From Octopus bimaculoides (lineage: Eukaryota): a stretch of DNA of 64,000 nucleotides. Numbering within the stretch: the first letter of the stretch is position 1; each line of letters starts with the position of its first letter. Below, piece by piece: positions 59,101-64,000 of this stretch. The position numbers were made by a program, and so were the translations under genes. The notes beneath the pieces were generated by a model, which made no database searches, had not been told where the DNA came from, and saw nothing but the letters and a program-made list of their open reading frames with translations. The stretch lies in the NCBI RefSeq assembly GCF_001194135.2, contig NC_068994.1, positions 45,055,487 through 45,119,486 on the forward strand, read 5' to 3'.

Positions 59101-62100
59101 ATTTGAAGATTTAGTTGTTACTTCTAGGAGGCTGAGCTCCTCTAGTCTTCTTTTGTTGGCTTGACGGGAGGTATGGTAGTGGTCTGTGTTGTTTCTTGTT
59201 GGTTGATTTAAGATTGGAATTGTCTAGGAGATGTTGAGAGGATGTAACTGACATTATTTGCATGTGAGGTATGTTCTATAACATTTTGTTGACTGTATAT
59301 ACTGCACTAAGAATATTGATGATTGATAGGCTTGAATTTTATGAATCTTAAGTTGGATTCTTGGTATAAGTGGTTCCACAGAGCATTCCAAAATATGAAA
59401 GTTTTTTAAATTATTTTTTTTAGTTCATTGACGCATTTGAGCAATTACTTGCCATATTGTGTTAGGTGTGTAGAGCAGAAACTGTCTGAAATACTCACCT
59501 TTTCACTAAGCATATAATTTCCTCCAACTCCAATAAAATGTTTGAATAACCAATAAACACACTCCACAGATTTATATCTGCTATATGAGAGACATGACTT
59601 TGAGTTTAATCCTTATTAATAAATGAATGATTTAAAAAAAAAAAAAATTCATATTAATCCTTTGTGTTTAGTTTGAAACAGTAGCATACCAAAGAACTAA
59701 TAAAGAAATATGAAAAATCCTTAATAAAAAAGATTAAATTTGAATAGATGTGCTTTTTAAGATGTTTGAAAGAAAAGCTGTTCCCTTTTTACACAGATGT
59801 TTCTAATTAAAAAAAAAATTTGCTTCTAATTAAAGAGAATGTGTTATCATTTTTGTTGTCCACTTTTCCATACATGCATGGATTGGAAGGAATTTGCTGA
59901 GGCAGATTTTCTATGACTTGATGCTTTTCCTCTCACTTACCCTCACCTATTTCCAGGTAAGGTTTACAACTATCACATGAAAGGAACACTTGTGCATATG
60001 TGTGTGTACATGAACACATATGCACATACAGACACAATGGGCTTCTTTCAGTTTCTGCCTACCAGGTCCATTCATAAAATGTCAGTCATCCCGTGGCTAT
60101 AGCAGAAGACTTCTCCAAGGTGCCATGCTGTGGGGATGAACCTGAAACCATGTGGTTGGGAAGCAAGCTTCTTAACCACATAGCCATGCTTAAATGCATG
60201 TGTATGTATGCATATATATATTTTTTTCTTTTACTCTTTTACGTGTTTCAGTCATTTGAATGTGGCCATGCTGGAGCACTGCCTTTTGAGGGTTTTTTTT
60301 TGTTTGAAGAAATTAACCCCAGGACTTATTCTTGTAAGCCTAGAACTTATTCTATTGGTCTCTTGCCGGACCACTAAGTTACAAGGATGTAAACATTCCA
60401 ACATTGGTTGTCAAGTGATGATGGGGTGGGGACACACAGACAAGCATAAATATATACATACATACATATATATATATAATGGGCTTCTTTCAGTTTCCCT
60501 CTACCAAATCCACTCACAAGGCTTTGGTTGGCCTAAGGCTATAGTAGAAGATACTTGCCCACGGTGCTACACAACGGGGCTGAATCTGGAACTCAATGGT
60601 TGGGAAGCAAGCTTCTTCCCACCTATCCATGTCTCTGCTTGTATATGAATTACTTTTAATTAGAAATTTCATCTGATATCAGTTAATTAGGATAAGTCCT
60701 TGTGTATTTTTAGTGGAGCGATATGTATGAAAGACTGATTAGTTCTCAGCTTAATTCCCATTTTTTGTTCTGCCGGTCACTTTGCGTACATTTTGGTTTC
60801 TATAAATGAATTCCTTATCACTTTTATTGATCTCGCTTCATGATATTTTAGTACTTTGTGTGTGTGTGTGTAGATTTATATTTGTTGAGGCAAGATTGCT
60901 CAACAAACAAAATATTGGACTTCAATCAGCTTTTGTTTCACTGGTTTAAATCCACTGCAGGCTTTTTACTGTTATCTCTGAGAGGCATGATACTTTATTT
61001 TTTTTTATCGATCCACTTCATTTAGTTGTTGCGGTTTAAACACTTATCAGTATTGAGTAAAGTTAGTTGTTGTAAATTGGTATTCCACCACCGCCAGGGA
61101 AGTATGTCTTCTCATCTGTTTAATGCCAGAGAATGTATTTGAAGTTAGTTACACATTGGCATCTGTAGATGCTTGGTGGATAGTTAAATGCTTTGTAGCT
61201 GGTTTGTATATCTAATGTGATCTCTGATATCATTGACATTGTTTTAATTTCCACTTTTCTATGCTTGCATGGATTGGATGGAGTTTACTAAGACGGATTT
61301 TTCTGTTTCCTGGATGCCATTCCTGTTGCCATCCTGTACCTGTTTCGAAGCAAGGTAATATTTCCCCATGGTCAGACATGTTTTCACAGAATATTAGAAA
61401 TTAATGACATTCATTTACAACAATCACGTGATGTCAAAACTAGGATACCCACACATACGCTTATACACACAATCCACTTGTGAGGCTTTGGTCAGTCCAG
61501 GGCTATAGTAGAAGACCCTTGTCAAGGTGTCACACAGTGAAACTGGACCCTAAACCATGTGACTGGGAAGTAAACTTTTTGTCCACAAAGCTAGGTCTTT
61601 ATCTTGCTGCTACTGTATAAGTCTGAGAGATTTAGAAATGCAATATTTCTAATATTCTATTTACTTGTCAGAAACTGTCCCTTAACAGTAAATGCCTCTA
61701 TGGCATTTTACTTTATGTATGGATGCAAATACTGACAGTTTAGATGCCATACATTGGCAGTTAACCTTCTGTATGGTACAAATAACTGGCTGTTGGGATG
61801 CCAAAAAGTGAGTACTCTAATTTCACCCATGGTTGATTTTAAAAATCTTGATCTGACCTCTCTAACTTTCCATTGGTTTTGTCCACTGTCAGCATGCACA
61901 TGTCTAAATCAACTTATTCATCTCTCTTTATTTGTTGATTCCATTACAGTTCAGATATGAAGCTCCCTGTTTTGTGTTCTTGTAATTTATAGTGTTTTTG
62001 GTACAAGGTATTGGTACAAATATTGACACAGAAAAGAAGTTAGCAACAGGATAGATTTAAAAACATTTTTTTACATCAGTATCAAAAATGCTATAATTAT

Positions 62101-63717
62101 GAAGGTATTATAATGGTCGCAGTGGTTGTGTGCTATCTTCTGAGTTCCAATCTTGCAAATGGTTGAATTTACCTTTTATCACTCATGAGTTTATATAACT
62201 ATCAGACACCTATTTGGCCATGTGCAAATTTATGGCCTCATGCCATTGTAAGAAATTCTCAAGCAAAATCTATGGCAACAGAATTTCTGATTAGAAACAA
62301 AAAAAAAATCCTTGTGGAATTTACTTTCTGTTATACAAATCACACTGAAATGGACTCTGACTTTCTGTACTGGGGCCAATTAAATAGTTATACCCTTCCC
62401 TCCAAATTTGTGGTCTTGTGTCATTATTGATATATAATTAAAAAAAAAACAAAGCAAAAAAAAACAGGTTTCGGATCAATGAGAAAGCAAACATATTTGC
62501 AAATAATACCCAAAGATGCTGTGTATTGTCTAAAAGGTTGTAGATTTGTCATCTTTTGGTCTCGCACACACATATAAAGCTATAGAAGTATCCTGATATG
62601 ATATAATATTTGCCACGTAAAGTTTTTTTTTTTCACATTTATGTAAATTTTAATCCAATTTTTTATCTTTAGTTTTTGAAGAGATAGACATAAGTTGATG
62701 TATTTATAAATTTTGTTAATTATTTTGGTGAAAATAAAGTTAGAAAAAAAAAATATATATATATGCGTGTGTGTATGTATATGTATACATGTATAATGAC
62801 TTTGGGTTTCTGCCTACCAAATCCTCTCACTAGGCTTTGGTTGGCTTGGAGCAAGACACTAGCAGAAAGTGTCATGCAGTGGGACTGAACCAGAAACCAT
62901 GTGGTTGGGAAACAAATTTTTTTACTTTAAGAGATTATGACCATGAACCGTGTCCTCATTACATTTGCAACTACACACTTGGATTCAATCTGGATTCAAT
63001 TCTGTTTTGTCAAGACAAAACCACCTGAATCCAGAAGTAAACCTGCACATTGATTTGCAAAGTAAAAAAAAAAAAAAACCCAAAAAACTCCATGTTTTGA
63101 TAGTTATGAATGAGAAGCAGGAACAAAGTCATTGAATTTTATTTACAGTTGGGATTGATTTCACTGTTTAAACTTTTCTTTCAAATTGCTCAATTTATAT
63201 TTACATTATTTTATGTGCCGACTGAAAAGCTTACTGTTTGAATTCAGTTTGTTCACTCACAGCACTTATTGTATTAGATTTGAATTAAATATAAATTAGC
63301 TATTAGCGTATTGATTTTTTTTTTTTTCCCATCTTCAAATGTGATATTTTTGTTGAGAGTGTAAGAATTTATAATTCCCTAGGGATTTAGGGGTACAGAG
63401 TAGGTTTGGGAACCACTGATGTCGAAGCACTGTCCAGTTCCAATCTTCCAATTAAAACATGTTTGGATTTATTACCTTGATGTTTAGTCCCAGGTAAGTC
63501 CTGATACAGACCAAAACTATTCAAGCCTCAACTATCTTGTCTTTTTCAAGAATAGTGTACTCCAGGCTACATTATCCAATATATCAATGTTTTTTTTTAA
63601 AATGGAAGGAAAGTGATTTGAGGGAGATTTGGACTGCTGTTTCTTGTATTAGCTTGAGCAACCACATAAGGAATCTGTTGTGGGAGTCTGTGATAAAAGT
63701 AGTATCTTCGAATGGTT

Positions 63718-64000
63718 GGTCGTGACAATGTTGGACATGTCAATGATATTGTCACAGTTGACAGTGACAGTTGGACAAGTCAAGAACGTTACTGTCACAG
63801 TTGACAGTGACATTTGGACAAGTCAAGACCGTTACTGTCATAGTTGACAGTGACAGTCGAGAACGTTGCTGTCACCGTCGATAGTGACAGTGTCGGACAA
63901 GTCGAGAACGTTGCTGTCACCGTCGATAGTGACAGTGTCGGACAAGTCGAGAACGTTGCTGTCACCGTCGATAGTGACAGTGTCGGACAAGTCGAGAACG
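63718..64000. repeat. Tandem minisatellite, 45-bp unit GTCGAGAACGTTGCTGTCACCGTCGATAGTGACAGTGTCGGACAA; continues beyond the window
   Basis: Three identical 45-bp units (63856-63990), preceded by diverged units of 40, 43 and 34 bp. Confidence 0.95.

Noticed and set aside
59150-59460. Faint LINE-like peptide similarity on the minus strand
   Set aside because: Too degenerate to support a call.
63856-64000. 45-bp repeat as a CRISPR array or repetitive protein exon
   Set aside because: There are no unique spacers and the context is eukaryotic. Edge units of 40, 43 and 34 bp break the frame, and no splice acceptor was found.

Overview
AT-rich eukaryotic DNA with many microsatellites and scaffold N-gaps. 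The SINE repertoire and composition point to an octopus/cephalopod genome (inference). Gene content, read by hand from splice signals because most exons are too short for the ORF track: (1) the probable last exon of eIF3a on + (987-1030, ...DDDGWTTVRY*). (2) A complete 11-exon RPP30 gene (RNase P/MRP p30, 323 aa) on the minus strand, 37358->5924. Its intron 9 is a U12-type (minor spliceosome) intron. (3) An unidentified, phase-consistent 4-exon gene (~310 aa) on + (15746-25634), nested antisense inside the 14.5-kb RPP30 intron 5. This is the most notable finding. (4) A probable first coding exon of another + strand gene at 46366-46446, behind a CRE/CCAAT element. The rest is mobile DNA: several SINE families, RTE and other LINE scraps, decayed mariner, maT and Chapaev3-type transposases, TTAA-flanked and mariner-type MITEs, at least five long fold-back palindromes, and a hairpin-containing 45-bp minisatellite that runs off the right edge. 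No CRISPR, rRNA or genuine tRNA gene was seen. All family assignments come from recalled motifs; no database search was run.
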